A stretch of DNA of 63,499 nucleotides, filler included, from a candidate division WOR-3 bacterium (GTDB lineage Bacteria; SDB-A), in the NCBI GenBank assembly GCA_016934535.1. It is 4 parts of 4 records of this genome, joined end to end, with 100 filler letters (N's around TTAATTAATTAA, not from the genome) between each part and the next. Parts side by side here need not be neighbours in the genome. Positions count along the whole stretch, not along the records: positions 52,678 to 63,499 come from JAFGSQ010000025.1; 3 more parts are not named here. One strand, given 5' to 3'. A program made the position numbers and the translations under genes. Shown here piece by piece: positions 61,076 through 63,499 of the stretch. The first letter of the stretch is position 1. The number at the start of each line of letters is the position of its first letter. The notes beneath the pieces are model-generated. The model saw only the letters and a program-made list of their open reading frames with translations, did not search any database and was not told where the DNA came from.

Positions 61076-62995
61076 TCAATATAATTCTTCGAGGACGAGG
61101 TCTATGTCGAGAATTTCAACTCCTCTTTTAACTTTCAACTGGATTTTTGTCCCTTCTTCAGATCTGAAAATTTCCCTGATTTCTGACAAGGTTGCAAAGT
61201 CCCCTATGTCTTTTCCGTCTATTGCTAAAATGATGTCTCCTTCCTTGAATCCGGCTCTATCGGAGGGAGTTCCGGGAGAAATAAAGAATAATTCCACACC
61301 TTCTTCAGTGTCCCATATCGCCATACCGCTCTTCTCTCTTGGGAAATTTCTGCTGTAATCTTCACCTTTTTCGAGGATTATTTTCTGATTCTGATAATCG
61401 AGATAGAGGACAAAGTGCTTTAATATATCATTTCCAAGATTTCCCACGTAACGCCTGTCGGAAAAAGCTCCGATACCGGTCTCTGTTGGTATTGATATGA
61501 CGGTGGTTTCGACCCTGAAATCCTCTATCCTGACAAAATCAAACAGAGCTCTTTTATCGGATATTTCACCATCTGCACCGAAAGCGACTGATTCAATGCC
61601 TTCGATTTCGAGGAGGTCATTTTCTTCGGCGTAGTGATGATGAAAAGACAGTCCCGTCGCGCCTATGTCGAGCCGCCACATTCCGGAGTATTTGTCGTCT
61701 ACGCTCATCGGCACTATGAACATGTTGTCTTCAAGCGGTGAGTTAATAATGGTTCCTGCACCTTTGTATTCGAAACTGTCTGGAAGATAAAAAGAAATCC
61801 TTTCATTTGCGTAGTCTATTTTAGTGACGAATCTCGACAAGAAATCGTATCCGAGGATTCCGCAGACTTCCATTCTCGAGAGTTTTTTCATGAAATTCTG
61901 AATCTCGATGGCCACTACTTTCTGCTCTTTGAACTCCAAACCTTTTAAGCTGAAGGGCGGAAGCGTTGTAAAAGTGACGTCTACCGTGCCGCCGACTCCT
62001 TGTCCTGTCAGAGAGCCCTGAAGGTCGAGTCCAAGTTCCTGCGCGTATTCGAGACTTATGACTGAAGCCGACGCGCCGCAATCTAAAATCCAAAGACTTT
62101 TCTTTCCTTCAATATCCACTTCGATGTAGATGTGGTCTTCTATGAAATCAAAGGGTATGTTTTCGGCAAATTTGCCGTTGGCAAAGACAAAATCCGGCGC
62201 GCTTTCTTCCGGTATGATGAAAATTTGATCTTCTATTTCAGGATTTATGTCATACCGGGTTATCTCGATTACCTGTTTTTGTTTAAGGGGAAGAATTTCG
62301 ATTTCCTGGCGGAAAGAGCAGAAAATTCCATCAATTTCCCTGTAATCTGAAAACATGGTGTGGGTCTCATGGGGGTGCTTGAAATCTATTTTTTTGACGA
62401 GATAATAACTTGAAGTGTCGAAATAACGCCATTCCTTGTCTTCGTTTATATTGTTTTTCAACTCTATGACATAGCAGTCAAGTCCGTTTGCCGTGTCCGC
62501 GCCGAGGAAAGATAGATTGAAATATTCTGAGTTTCTGTTCAAGTGTTCGTAATCAGCCAAAAGTTCTGTAATCCTTCTCTCCTGAACGGTGTTTGAGTCC
62601 TTTTGAATTTGAAGTTTACCGTTCATGTCTATGAGCCAGCTGAACTCTCCGTCGTCGCCAGATGTCTGCGAGATTATGGTGAGGTCGACTTCTTCTTTTC
62701 TTTTCAAGGGGTATTCGTTCCACTGCTTGAAAGTCCCTTCGAGTCCGGTGCCGACAATTGTTATGTTCCCCTCTATGTAATTTGATTTTTCTTTTCTGAC
62801 GTTTTCGAGACCACCCATGGCGTCGTAGTGTTTTTGGAATATTTCGTAGGGATCAAGGGGTTCTCCCGACCATGTGGGTCCGGAAAAAACAGTGTCCGCA
62901 CCGTCTTTTTCCAGTCCTTTTTTTGAACAGCTCTGCAAAGAAAATATGCAGATACTAATTACAATAATTCCAACGAAAAGCGTGGTTTTTTTCAT
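61076..62995 (-). CDS. Lipoprotein with two retropepsin-like aspartyl protease domains and a PDZ domain
   Basis: Lipobox-like LQSC; WILDCGA...GILGYD and LDIGA...GNLGND; PDZ GTPSDRAGFKEGDIILAIDG. Confidence 0.85.
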   Translation of the reverse strand: MKKTTLFVGIIVISICIFSLQSCSKKGLEKDGADTVFSGPTWSGEPLDPYEIFQKHYDAMGGLENVRKEKSNYIEGNITIVGTGLEGTFKQWNEYPLKRKEEVDLTIISQTSGDDGEFSWLIDMNGKLQIQKDSNTVQERRITELLADYEHLNRNSEYFNLSFLGADTANGLDCYVIELKNNINEDKEWRYFDTSSYYLVKKIDFKHPHETHTMFSDYREIDGIFCSFRQEIEILPLKQKQVIEITRYDINPEIEDQIFIIPEESAPDFVFANGKFAENIPFDFIEDHIYIEVDIEGKKSLWILDCGASASVISLEYAQELGLDLQGSLTGQGVGGTVDVTFTTLPPFSLKGLEFKEQKVVAIEIQNFMKKLSRMEVCGILGYDFLSRFVTKIDYANERISFYLPDSFEYKGAGTIINSPLEDNMFIVPMSVDDKYSGMWRLDIGATGLSFHHHYAEENDLLEIEGIESVAFGADGEISDKRALFDFVRIEDFRVETTVISIPTETGIGAFSDRRYVGNLGNDILKHFVLYLDYQNQKIILEKGEDYSRNFPREKSGMAIWDTEEGVELFFISPGTPSDRAGFKEGDIILAIDGKDIGDFATLSEIREIFRSEEGTKIQLKVKRGVEILDIDLVLEELY

Positions 62996-63204
62996 AAGAC
63001 CTTCTTTTTTTGTTTTTATTATTTAAAAGTATTCAAGAAAAACAAGCGTAACATGTTCAATTACAAAAGAACTGATAAATAATTGCTCTTTTAGTAGCAG
63101 ATGTATTTATCAACTCCCTTTTCGTTCTTATAAAACGCATTATAACATGAAAATAGATTATTTTTAACATTAAAACATACATAAAATTGTGCATAATAAA
63201 TGAA

Positions 63205-63239
63205 TTGATTATGCATATAAAACAGTATAATATGCATAA
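63205..63239 (+). promoter_or_regulatory. vapBC promoter with inverted-repeat operator
   Basis: TTGATT-17nt-TAATAT overlapped by the perfect 10-bp inverted repeat TTATGCATAT (63209)/ATATGCATAA (63230). Confidence 0.65.
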
Positions 63240-63250
63240 GAGGAGGAAAA

Positions 63251-63442
63251 ATGAGAACTACAATAGACCTGCCCGAAGATCTTGTTAACGAAGCGATGAA
63301 GCTGACAAAAAGCAGGACAAAAACCCAAGTCATCAAATCAGCCCTTAAATTACTAATCCAGAGGGAGAAGATAAAGGACTTGAAAAGATACTACGGGAAA
63401 ATTGATCTGGATATAGACCTGAACAGTTTGAGAAAAAGATGA
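63251..63442 (+). CDS. vapB: Type II TA antitoxin, VapB (RHH, DUF2191-like)
   Basis: MRTTIDLPEDL..EAM......TK..VI..AL; AGGAGG RBS; ATGA overlap with a PIN gene. Confidence 0.88.
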   Translation: MRTTIDLPEDLVNEAMKLTKSRTKTQVIKSALKLLIQREKIKDLKRYYGKIDLDIDLNSLRKR

Positions 63443-63499
63443 CCGGAGTTCTTGTAGATTCTTCTGTTTGGATTGAATATTTTCGAGGTCATAATGTGA
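63439..63499 (+). CDS. vapC: PIN-domain toxin VapC (cut by the window end)
   Basis: MTGVLVDSSVWIEYFRG is a typical PIN N-terminus. Confidence 0.85.
   Translation, partial: MTGVLVDSSVWIEYFRGHNV

Overview
63.5 kb of concatenated draft or metagenome-assembled bacterial sequence. Four contig pieces (1-19203, 19304-38616, 38717-52577, 52678-63499) are joined by artificial N-TTAATTAATTAA-N spacers, so adjacency across those joins is not biological. The gene content points to a diderm bacterium of the wider FCB group (many Por/T9SS-like C-terminal domains); a WOR-3/TA06-type candidate phylum is my guess, not a result. Piece 1: rpsU-mutS2-dnaG-rpoD followed by a membrane PP2C phosphatase, a coiled-coil lipoprotein and a LysM protein; a PPIase/esterase/MBOAT/SGNH O-acylation cluster; a PTS-EIIA-fused ion transporter; a hairpin-rich intergenic mosaic. 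Piece 2: thiD and thiC separated by a TetR/DJ-1/secreted-protein block, then a housekeeping run (EnvC-like, holB, ricT, metG, smc, ftsY, MsbA-like). Piece 3: accessory TPR, Kelch, WG-repeat, methyltransferase and secreted proteins. Piece 4: two tandem DUF2723 (GT117/TMEM260-like) genes, PIN-PhoH, HD protein, ABC-2 exporter, aspartyl/PDZ protease and vapBC. Best leads: (1) D-(S/T)-hydrophobic O-glycosylation sequons are strongly enriched in exported protein regions, and the tandem DUF2723 GT-C genes are candidate protein O-glycosyltransferases; (2) a covarying, bulged-hairpin REP-like repeat family occurs on two different contigs. No tRNA, rRNA, CRISPR array, reverse transcriptase or transposase was recognised.
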